Source: Perna viridis
Taxonomy: Eukaryota
Reading direction: 5' to 3'
Length of the DNA stretch: 64,000 nt
Assembly (NCBI GenBank): GCA_037379345.1
Contig: CM074512.1
Span: 4,712,001-4,776,000 of the forward strand
The notes under the pieces are model-generated. The model saw only the letters and a list, made by a program, of their open reading frames with translations, made no database searches and was not told the DNA's origin. A program made the position numbers and the translations under genes. Every line of letters begins with the position of its first letter. Within the stretch, counting starts at the first letter, position 1. Positions 23,301 through 32,250 of the stretch are shown here, piece after piece.

Positions 23301-26300
23301 GTCCCAGAAATAGGTTGAAGATTTCTTTTGTCAACACTCTTCTAAAGAATTGTTTTCAACATTCTAGCCTGAAGTATTATAACTTTAAAATGAAGAAATG
23401 AACTGATTGTCTCCAAAAGATCTTTAGAACTTTTCAGGATCCACATTGAACTAATACCACTACAGGAGTAACAAGTGTTGTGGTACGACTGCAGACCCTC
23501 TTTCACAGCTGTTAGTATAGAAGTTAAAAGTTTTGAAAGAGGTTTGGTGGTACATTTTGCAGATCCAGCTATGTAATGTTGTTTGTATGGATTAGACGGT
23601 AAATCACAATCATCGTCCGTGGTAGAGAGACCAAAAGAGGATGGCACAGATTTATGGCTTTTCACAACCTCTTCTTTGAAGAGTATGGTAGCAGTATACA
23701 TGTAGGTCTTATCACTGCTATTATTTTCTGTTTCTGCCTCTGATAATAAATATTGGATGTAAAACGCTTTGCAGACAAAAACAATGTTGTTTTGAGCTTT
23801 GTCTGCTGGTACCACAACATACTTGTCATGTATAGTAGACGATGTTTCTGCTACATCAGGGTCTTTGAAAACTGATGTAGAATTGGTACTCATTGACCTA
23901 CTTAAAACTTTCATTCGTTTCAAAATTAAGTAAAGACCTCACAGCCTTCAACCACTCCGACAGCGAATCAATGTCTTCTTGTTCTATAATTCCAATTTAT
24001 GGAGCGAGATTCACAGTACTTGGGACCTTTAGAAAGGATATTACACAGAGATTCGTTTTCAATGATGGATAAATCTCCTGTAATGATGTGACTGAAGGAC
24101 CATATTTCAATGGAGAGTTTTTGCAAGAACAGTCAGGTGGTTTAGCTTTGAAGTCCTCAATCTCAAGGTTCTGCAATAGCCTTTTATAATTGAAAATTTT
24201 GGATGCAATGGGTGAAGTAAAGGAATGTAAAATGATTGGTATGGAATTGTCTTTGAAATAAGGGGGGGATTTGTTGGTAGCGTTTTTGTGATGGAGGATG
24301 TTAGCCAAATTAATTGCATCTATACCTTTGTTGACAAACAGTAGTGTAAGAACTGATCGTTTTTCTTCATCTTGACTTTTCACACAAACTGGTTTAAAGA
24401 GTCCATGGAAACCAATATCCAAAATGATGGCAACAAGTCTGTATAATGATGAGGTAGGGTCAGAAACAGGAGTGTCAAGACTTGTTTTGTAAAGGGAGTG
24501 TAGTAGAATGTGAGGTATAGAATAGAGTTTTGTTCGAATGTGATGAAGTCCAAGAGGTTTTTGTATGAAAGGAAGGAGACCATCTATGGAGACATCATGT
24601 AACTTAGGTGAAGTATAGTGGCGATGGCCATGACTCCTTTTCCATCTTGGAAATTTTGTCCAAAAAATTCATCACATTTATCCTATTGTTATATTGGTTT
24701 GAAAGGTCTCCTATACTTTTGATGTTGTCAGTGCATCCGTAGGGTATTGCACTACCTAGTCTGCGTATCCAGTTCTCCTCTCTTTCCAAACGATAGTTTT
24801 TACTAAGAACGGGACTGTTCGTAGGATGGTCACTTTTTTCTAAAATACAACCTTTCATAGAGAGGATTGAATGATCTTTTGATTAAAATGTTGATAAACT
24901 GTTGGGAATTTAGTGGTATTTATTCCCGAATGAAGACCGCACGTTCTTTTGTTTAAACTAAGTCATTCAAATGGCAATAGAGAAAGAATATCCTTTGAAA
25001 AGTTGTCATGTTCATAAGCAGGGATTTAGCCAGAATTTTTTTTAACAAAAACAATACAATAAAACATATCATCACAAGTTGTTTCTTAGCTACTATTAAA
25101 CATCAGTCTCAAAATACCTACTATTAAATGTCTGCACCAACACTTGTAAATTATTTAAAATGAAACAATTCCAAAAAAGATGTTTACAAAATGCTGGAAT
25201 TTTTTATCGACAACATATTTGTCCAGTGTGGTGGACGCATTTTTCAACAAAGGGTCGGCATTCCAATGGGAACAAATTGTGCTCCTCTACTTGCTGACCT
25301 ATTCCTTCACTCGTATGAGGCTGACTTTATTGCTTATCTGATCCAAAAGAAAGAATATCATTTAACTAGATCCTTTAATCTCAGTTTCCACTATATAGAT
25401 GATGTATTATCTTTAAACAATCCTAATTTTTGGGATTTGATACATCACATCTACTCCAAAGAACTTGAGGTAAAGGATACTAAAGACACTGTGAAGTCAG
25501 CCTCATATTTTGACCTACACCAAGAAGTCGATGGTAAAGGAAAACTATTGACCAAAGTTTACGACAAACGTGATGACTTTTCATTCAGAATTGTCAATTT
25601 TCCTTTCATCTGTGGCAACATCCCTTCAGCACCTGCATATAGAGTATTCATATCACAACTCATATGTTATGCCAGAGCTTGCCAAAACTACGCAGACTTT
25701 TTGTATTGTGCTAGAATTCTAACAAATAGGCTTCAGGAACAGGGTTATGTTGCTACAAGATTGAAGTCATCACTACAGAAGTTTTATTGCGTCATCATGA
25801 ACTCATGGATCGTTATGGTATATCCATCTGCACCATGAAAACTGATTTGTTCAGCATGTCATAGTTTTCCTTTCCTCTTTCGTCTACCCCGGACTTGACT
25901 TTTTATGAGCAACTTGGCGAGAGTTTCTAGAAAAGCAGAGAAAGCTTACCCTACTGGTGCACCTGGTCCATGCTCCCAGTTTTTAGTGAGTCTGAGTTGC
26001 TCATTTGCTTTTGTTGCTTTGTGTGTATGATTTTAGTTACTTTGTACTCTCTTTTTGTGTATGTCTGTTTTCCATGTCTTTGTCCCTGGATTACATTCTT
26101 TTGATTACCGCTATAACCTTTGTTTCCTTGATTACTCTTTAGAAATAATCTCAAATAAATCATAAAAGAAAAAGATTTTAAAATGTGTGAATATTGAATA
26201 TTGCTAATATTATTATTATTATTTTTTTTTAGACATTTTAACAAAAATAGTTAATGAGCCATATTGATTATTTTGTTATAGGATAATTAATTGGAAAAAG

Positions 26301-29300
26301 GGACCAACTAAAATTTGATCACAAGAATGCCAAAACAAAACAAGTGTGCTGAACTTGTTCTATGCACAAGACAAGCCCAAGCATTCTTGGCAAAAGGATT
26401 CACATTTTGATTATTCATTATGGTCAACTGATTTATTTAATATAATTTTCAATAATTTACTGTTATTTTCAAATGATTTTTTTCCTTTTCAGCAGATTGA
26501 TATTCCAAATCATCTGTCACATTAATGTCTGAACTTTAATATCGATAGCCATTAAAGTAAATACATTATTATTTTTTCTATTGGTAGATTGTATCATTCA
26601 GCAGATACCTGGGCTGCAGTATCAATAGCCATTATGACTTGTGGAACTATGTTCCCATTGAGTTCCTATACAGGCAAAATACTTTTACAGGTTAGTATTC
26701 ACTCATGGATGTCACTAAAAGAAAGGAGGAATCTGTGATGAAAGGAAAGTGCATGTCTCTCATATTTCGGATGTGTATGAGTGTTTGTTGCATACAGACA
26801 ATATTAACCAGTGTAACAAAGTCATATATTTATTGGTAATATATAGCTGATTAATTTCTACATATAAATTCTAAGCTAAGTGCTCTACAGGCTCTGTATA
26901 TTCAGTGATAATATATAAAATTTTTGTCTCATTTTTCTTGGCTACTGTTAAAGACAGGTTGCTGATATATTGTATAAGCTTCCTACAAGGGTGTTGTATT
27001 GTGGGTAGGTTTTCATTCTTGTGCGACATCTACTTCCTGTTTAATGAAAAACAAAACCATGAACATTTCTTATATAGTGATGGAAAGCAAGTTTTCACCA
27101 GTGAGCCATCTCTCACATATGTATTGTTTTGACCTTAAATGCATGGAATATTTGCCTAAGTGAAATCACAAGCAATATTTTTGGTTTATATAGTTTTATA
27201 TTCCATTAAAAATGTCATGAATTATTGATTCACAAGGCAGGCAAATTAGTATTTTGTCTTACTTAGTCTAACACACAACTTCATCTTTTAAAAAGGCTAC
27301 AACAAATGTGAATATATTTTTTTTGGATCAAAGAGCACTTATCTATAAAAGAGTTAAGAAGAATGTTTAAGCCCCCACTCAAATTTATATTATACACCTA
27401 TGTACCTATACAATTATTTGCCCAAGGAGTATTTATTCCTATATGTATACCTATTGTCAATAATATTTGAAAACCTGTTCTGTCCATGTGGATTCAAATA
27501 GCAAAGCTTAGAAATGTACCGGTTCTCTTTTTTTAGGCAATCAATAACCTCTGGAAGCCATTGAGAATTATCTTAACATCCCCTTAAAAACTTCAGAAGA
27601 CAATAAAATTTAAGATATTGTAAACCAATATATTTTTTAGCATTCTTATTTCAGGTTTCAGGATATCAGTTCAACTTTGCTACTATTTATTTTTGCAGCT
27701 AACACTCTGTTTAACATGTATTTCATAACTAAGGAACTTTATTTACAGCAATTTTATTTCATGATGTTTTCAAAATTAGTAGAAATAAGTTGGTTTACAA
27801 TAATGAAATAATCCTAAAGACTTAAGTACTAATGTGGGTAAAGTTATAAAACTTTTGGTCATATGATTACTAGCATGATAAGTTGTCTTGATGCATTTGT
27901 ATCTTATGGGAAGCAATGCTGGCTACTTGCAATCCTATCTTGACAGCCATAACCAATGAAATGATGTTTTAGTGAAACTTAAATTTTCCAGGTTTACCAG
28001 GCCCAATAGCCCAGTACTTACTGCTTTTACATTCTTCACAAGAAACTAAAGTGATAACTTGATTTTCAGACTACACCGTCTCATTTACTGAGTCAGTTAG
28101 ACAAAGTTCTACGTGAAGCATCTACATTAGATGGTGTATTGGAATTCAGACATGAACATTTCTGGACCTTGTCATTTGGCATACTTGTAAGTACTGACAC
28201 ATTTGGCATACTTGTAAGTACTGACACATTTGTGTTATTTGATGGTCAAATTTGTTGATAAAACTAAGTGTTTTATTATAGGATATGGAGAAGTATAGAC
28301 CAAAAGAGCAACCATTTTAAATAGATAGATACTTTGACCATTGTCTGTGCAATATTTTGCAGATTCTTTTCAAGTTTGTATATGTTGTTTCATGTGACAG
28401 AAATGAGGGTCAAGTTTGATTTTAGCAAATATCATTTATGTTTGATTCCGAATAGCAGTCGTTTTTGTTACGACTGTTGTGGTGTTTTAGTTTTACATAA
28501 GATATCAAACTTTGTGCAGTTATCAAGTATCATAAATTCAGTTAAGTAGTAATTTCAGTTTGCTGGGATTATTCACTCAAAAAATGACAACCATTCTATG
28601 TTGTTTTTACCCCCAATATTTTTAGATGAGTTGAAGTTAATTTTCTTTGAATATTTAGGAAATGTGTGAGTTAGTTCTTCTGGATATTAGGCAGCAACTG
28701 TTAGATTTTTTATGGGCTATGGATTTTTTTTCTGAGACAAACTTTTTTTTAACCATGAGCAGAAATAACTTGTAATTTTTTCCAGGGCCAATCAAAAAAA
28801 AATTTTTTTCACCATCTGTTGAAAATAATCTTTTTTTTTGTCATTTCACTATTGCCTAGCATCTTTAACATAGCCACTATGCTTTATTTTTTTTTGTCAA
28901 TTTTTTAAAACAAACTTTTTTTCTCTCTAATGATATGTCAAACTATTTTTTACCACATTTTCCAAAAAAAATTCCATAGCCCCCTTCCCAGGAAATTAAA
29001 TGGTTGCTGCCTTATGGCATCAATTTTCAATTTCAGTCTATACCACCACCACCCCCCCAAAACAAAACAAAACAACTATGATAAATTAGAGTTATCTTTC
29101 TTGGAATGTATAAGGGAACATTTTTGGTGACTCATTAACCACTTCCAATGTTTCCAATATTTTACATGTTAAAAGTAATTTTCAAAAATATCACTGTGCA
29201 TTCCCTGGACAAATGACGCCCTAAAATTGTACACCAATGCAAATCAAGGAAGTATTGCTCAGTTAACTATATTTTAATATAGCCTAGTAGCCTAGTTGGC

Positions 29301-30240
29301 CAAGTGGTCTACAGCGTTGGATTTAGTGCAGGCGGTGTTGTCAGAGAAGAGAAGGGGTTCAAATCCTGCAAATTTGCAACCTTGCATCAATTCTGAAGTT
29401 GGAATTTAGCTTAGACTTGATCATAGGTTGAGTTGCCACATCCCTTTAGACTTCTTACTTATATGTGCACATATACAATTGTAAGGCACACCAATATTCC
29501 TCTCTTACATGGGAAATATTGCAACATTTTTTTGTAGGTTTAGAACCATCATAAGAAACATTTTAAAAAAATCACATATTAATGTTCATGAAAAAGGTGT
29601 ATAAAATTATCATATGTTTAACTTAACATGTTTTCTGTAGGATTCCTTAAATGGAAGGCATATGTTTACAGATGGTATTTGGAAGAACATGTTTTATGTT
29701 TTTTTTGTGGATAAGATCACTAGTTTCCATGCTGTTCCTGAGCTTTTGTTTACATACAAATTAAACAAGAATGCTATGATTTGTGAACACTCACTTATAT
29801 TTTTTCTAAAAAAGTCTAGCTATCGATAATAAAAATTCAGTTTAATTGTACTGTATATTTACTGATGAATTTTGTAGGCCGGATCAGTTCAAGTTCGTGT
29901 ACGTCGTGACGCTGATGAACAAATGGTATTGGCACATGTATACAGTCGCCTGTCCAATATGGTTAGCACACTGACAATTCAGATATTTAAAGATGATTGG
30001 ACAAGAGCATCAGGATTTAGTGTTCTTGGCAATCCAGCTTTTACATCTACTTTTTCTGGTGGGCAACGTGGTCCATCACCTATTCTTGATCCTGGATCCC
30101 AAGGTCACAGGTTTGAAGGTCATGGTCATAGTCATGGGCATGGACATAGTCATGGACATGGACATAGTCATGGAATGTCAGAATTTAAGACTTCTACTCC
30201 TTTAAAAGGGGGAGTAAGTTACTTTCCTCCAAAGTCTTAA
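11296..30240 (+). CDS. SLC30A6: Zinc transporter 6 (CDF family), spliced CDS join(11296-11379,12912-12996,14481-14523,15008-15073,15734-15814,17268-17303,18234-18377,20978-21097,26588-26690,28070-28186,29878-30240); 5' end incomplete
   Basis: All 11 exons have AG/GT boundaries with compatible phases (1242 nt in total). Translation: GTIYPL...VWCHSTNSMALTAYTYLTLFDIFSLMICLLSLWVKMQKPTPVYSFGYERFEVLGVFASTMLAQLGSLFILKESVERMFIQPDIHTGRL...SSSWLQEHMTDMSES...LLQTTPSHLLSQLDKVLREASTLDGVLEFRHEHFWTLSFGILAGSVQVRVRRDADEQMVLAHV...LTIQIFKDDW. This is collinear with vertebrate ZnT6 as I recall it. Confidence 0.95.
11470..12103 (+). mobile_element. HINE-like element remnant (3' portion)
   Basis: Ends TTTTACCAGGTGAGTGATCAGCCTCTAGTT; internal repeats resemble 20620-20880. 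Confidence 0.5.
12912..12996 (+). CDS. SLC30A6: SLC30A6 exon (TM1, SKKILIFLVFNIISTFTLLVWCHSTNSM)
   Basis: ttttcag| ... G|gtaagt; WCxSTNS motif. Confidence 0.93.
13337..13984. repeat. Minisatellite, 57-bp unit, ~11 copies (intronic)
   Basis: Unit CTGCCCTGTAAACTGTCAGATGATGTTCCTGTACTTCCTCAGTCGAAGATTGTAACT, highly homogeneous. Confidence 0.95.
14481..14523 (+). CDS. SLC30A6: SLC30A6 exon (TM2, ALTAYTYLTLFDIFS)
   Basis: tttttcag| ... AG|gtaact. Confidence 0.93.
15008..15073 (+). CDS. SLC30A6: SLC30A6 exon (LMICLLSLWVKMQKPTPVYSFG)
   Basis: ttttcag| ... GG|gtgagt; CDF signature YSFG. Confidence 0.93.
15061..15316 (+). repeat. 50-bp tandem repeat x5 that includes the exon end and splice donor
   Basis: Unit TGG|GTGAGTTAAACCAGTTATGAAGGTAGTATGTCCTCTCTTGTTCTATT. 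Confidence 0.95.
15342..15503. repeat. 27-bp tandem repeat x6
   Basis: Unit CATCTTGGAAGGTAGTTATATCCTTCT. Confidence 0.95.
15734..15814 (+). CDS. SLC30A6: SLC30A6 exon (YERFEVLGVFASTMLAQLGSLFILKES)
   Basis: ttttcag| ... AG|gtaagt. Confidence 0.95.
16009..16152. mobile_element. Small TA-flanked MITE; a related copy lies inverted at ~17793-17995
   Basis: TA-CTGTGAAAGTATT ... AATACTTTCACAA-TA terminal inverted repeat; internal GGTACC motifs shared with the second copy. Confidence 0.6.
17268..17303 (+). CDS. SLC30A6: SLC30A6 exon (VERMFIQPDIHT)
   Basis: ttttcag| ... AC|gtaagt; 36 nt. Confidence 0.9.
18234..18377 (+). CDS. SLC30A6: SLC30A6 exon (GRLMIAT...EASSSSWLQEHMTDMSES)
   Basis: gtttcag| ... 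AG|gtaaga; ZnT6-specific SWLQEH motif. Confidence 0.93.
18331..18788 (+). repeat. 54-bp tandem repeat x8.5 comprising the last 47 nt of an exon plus the donor GTAAGAG
   Basis: Unit TCTAGTTCYYAGTGRTTACAGGAACACATGACAGACATGTCAGAGAG|GTAAGAG; alternating A/B variants. Confidence 0.97.
20058..20913 (+). mobile_element. Complete non-autonomous Helentron-like element (HINE)
   Basis: 5' TTTTAGCTCACTTGGCC..AGGTGAG, GTC/GTT microsatellite, internal tandem repeats, 3' subTIR AGGTGAGC followed by hairpin AGGCTCC-TG-GGAGCCT; sits in T-rich flanks. Confidence 0.75.
20978..21097 (+). CDS. SLC30A6: SLC30A6 exon (VCHILPGLSKLLLPRINPMALIGFSGGIALVITYILIDT)
   Basis: tttttag| ... AA|gtatgt. Confidence 0.92.
21475..21625 (-). 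mobile_element. Naiad-type PLE fragment (RT C-terminus)
   Basis: Reverse complement matches 25730-25885 (CATGAACTTGTGGATCGTTATGGTG..CATCTGCACCATGAAAAC). Confidence 0.7.
21780..21975. repeat. Degenerate TCCATC/TGTCAATC low-complexity repeat
   Basis: Recurrent TCCATC, TGTCAA and ACAATTTG units. Confidence 0.7.
23060..23390 (+). pseudogene. hAT transposase relic (C-terminal dimerisation domain, ZNF862-like)
   Basis: LSSVDCERGFNRYSLIKTSPRNRLKISFVNTLL matches the hATC motif SSxxCERxFS...KTxxRNRL. Confidence 0.7.
23400..24955 (-). mobile_element. Naiad-type Penelope-like element, 5' part: GIY-YIG endonuclease C-half, CxC linker, RT N-terminus
   Basis: In order on the minus strand: ILEK...RLEREENWIRRLGSAIPYGCTD (EN), KPPDCSC (CxC), HDKYVVVPADKAQNNIVFVCK, YIAGSAKCTTKPLSKLLT...MWILK (RT); frameshifted. 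Confidence 0.85.
25180..26140 (+). mobile_element. Naiad-type PLE, 3' part: RT motifs B-E, thumb and 3' non-coding region
   Basis: QQRVGIPMGTNCAPLLADLFL, FHYIDDV, YDKRDDFSFRIVNFPF; no endonuclease follows the RT. Confidence 0.9.
26588..26690 (+). CDS. SLC30A6: SLC30A6 exon (LYHSADTWAAVSIAIMTCGTMFPLSSYTGKILLQ)
   Basis: ggtag| ... CAG|gttagt. Confidence 0.92.
28070..28186 (+). CDS. SLC30A6: SLC30A6 exon (TTPSHLLSQLDKVLREASTLDGVLEFRHEHFWTLSFGIL)
   Basis: ttttcag| ... CTT|gtaagt; a second identical donor follows 28213. Confidence 0.95.
28173..28232 (+). repeat. 27-bp perfect tandem duplication spanning a splice donor
   Basis: CATTTGGCATACTT|GTAAGTACTGACA twice, plus CATTTG. Confidence 0.97.
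29281..29450 (+). mobile_element. tRNA-derived SINE-like element
   Basis: A box TGGCCAAGTGG and B box GGTTCAAATCC; the body CAAATTTGCAACCT..TTAGACTTGAT is shared with 37458-37545 and 37818-37905. Confidence 0.65.
29878..30240 (+). CDS. SLC30A6: SLC30A6 probable last coding exon with His-rich tail
   Basis: ttgtag|GCC; AGSVQVRVRRDADEQMVLAHV...FKDDW...GHGHSHGHGHSHGHGHSHG...TAA; AATAAA at 30276-30281. Confidence 0.9.
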   Translation, partial: AGSVQVRVRRDADEQMVLAHVYSRLSNMVSTLTIQIFKDDWTRASGFSVLGNPAFTSTFSGGQRGPSPILDPGSQGHRFEGHGHSHGHGHSHGHGHSHGMSEFKTSTPLKGGVSYFPPKS

Positions 30241-31679
30241 TGCTATAATCTCAAAATTTGATGTCTTTATTTTACAATAAATTTATCTTTGCATATGGTG
30301 TTTATTCCATAACATGACATTAGGTCTTAAGTTGTTAAAAATATATTTTGTGGATGTACAATGCAATGGTGCTTTCTTCCTCTTTTGTAGACATTTAGTT
30401 TCTATACAGTGGCTTGAGTATGAGTGTATGGATCTGTCTCCATACCACAATAGTCAGACTTAGATTGAATTTGGGGCTATGACCCTGAATATTTGGGAAT
30501 GTTTAATGAATCAAATTCTCTGGTTTCCCCACAATAACGTGAGTACAAGTGTGTTTACATCGTCTCTATAAAACTACACTGCAATGCACCATATTTAATT
30601 AAAGTTTGAATTTGGATTCTTTGGAACTGTATTAAGACCAACTAGTACATACAAGGTATATGGATGGTGAATAAACCATATCCAAATTCGGGCACACACT
30701 CGCTTTTTTGCCATTTTGAAACCTGAGTTAACCTGAGCTGGATGAACATAAAGAGAATATTTTGAAGTTAGCTGTTAAATGGATTTATTGCTACATTGTT
30801 CTAGGAATAAAAATTCCATTAAAATATGCTTAAATTTCAAGAAATCTGTTAATATTTTAAGACAGCAGTATTTTTACTACTGGTATACGACTGCAAAATA
30901 TTTTGGTAATACAATTGTATATTGCTGCTGTTGTGGTATTGGCTGTACAAATTGTCCCATAGACACCTATGCGTCCTGTAAAAGCAGTACATTTCTAAAT
31001 TCCCAGTTCCAGATAGTACATTAAGTCTTAGAATATGATTACAATACAATACAATAAGGTTTTTTGAAGGAAATACTAGTCATGCACTTTTAAGTCCCTC
31101 GATACAGCTACAGCCCAGTATCACATATATTCCTAGATGTATCTACTTATGCATGACCAAATAGTCAAAAAGAATTATATAACACTGGACCTCAGACTGA
31201 CACCTTCCTTGGAAAATTGCTATGCAACCATCAAAGCATGGTTCTTTTTTTTATTTGTCACCGTACTAAAATCAACATGTTGGTCATTATACAATTTCTT
31301 TCAATATAGCTGTCGGTCTTTAGTTTTCTTTTTTCTTTTTTTTACGTTCAGAGGGGTATGGGATAAGAATGTCTTCTGTGGCCATAAAATAATAGAATGT
31401 ACCCTGTCGGCATACATAACAGTTAGACGCAAAGAAAGGTTGTATATTTATACCACCGCCAAAAAATTGTTGTATTATGTCGTCGCCGTCTATTTACGAT
31501 AACTTGAGTAAAACTTATCTGATCTTTTTGAAGTTTTAACACGTTGTACTTAGGGCATAACGGATGCCGGACCTTTTCGGGTTTTTTTTTGTTTTTTGTT
31601 TTTTTGTTTTGTTTTGTTTTTTTTTTTTTGCCCCACCCCTTATGGAAATAAGGAGCTACAAAGGAGAAAATGATGATCG

Positions 31680-32250
31680 TTAACGATGATACGTCATCTA
31701 AATAGCGGAAACTGAGATTAAAGGGCCTAACTAAACGATGTTCTTTCTTTAGGATCAGATCAGCTATAAAATCAGCCTCATAAGGGTGAAGGAATAAGTC
31801 AGCAAGTAAAGGAGCACAATTTGTTTTCATTGGAATGCCGACCGTTTGTTGAAAAAAAAAAACGCGTCTACCACACTGGACAAATATGTTGTCGATCAAA
31901 AATTCGAAATTTAAAAAACATCGTCGGTATATTTGGAAGATTTTGAATTATTTTTTTACAAAGTATGAGGAACCTCTACCAAGAACTACATATTTGTATC
32001 TTGGTGTATAATAAAGAGGGTCTCCAGTCTTTTTTTGTAGTTACAACGATGTATAATGTTTTTGAGTCGGGATTCTAACAGAGAATGGGGAATAGAGGTA
32101 TGAAGAGTTGAAAAGTCATAGGTTTTAATGCTATTCTGATAATAGTCTTGAATTAAGGGTTTCCAGAAGATCTTTCGCATTTTCCAGAATCCACATTGAA
32201 TTAATACCACAACGGCAGTAACTAGTGTTATGGTAGGACTGGAGACCCTC
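31680..32250 (-). mobile_element. Naiad-type PLE fragment (RT core incl. motif A)
   Basis: MWIL..., SIKTYDFSTLHTSIPH, IDNIFVQCG, QQTVGIPMKTNCAPLLADLFL, FRYLDDV. Confidence 0.85.

Noticed and set aside
29281-29370. tRNA genes at 29281, 38450(-), 38777 and ~50135-50200
   Set aside because: A/B-box-like motifs are present but there is no complete cloverleaf; the first three run into shared repeat bodies, so they are treated as SINE heads.
30214-31100. Additional SLC30A6 exon after GGA|GTAAGT (30213)
   Set aside because: No recognisable downstream exon was found, and an in-frame stop (30240) and AATAAA (30276) follow directly. It cannot be excluded without transcripts.
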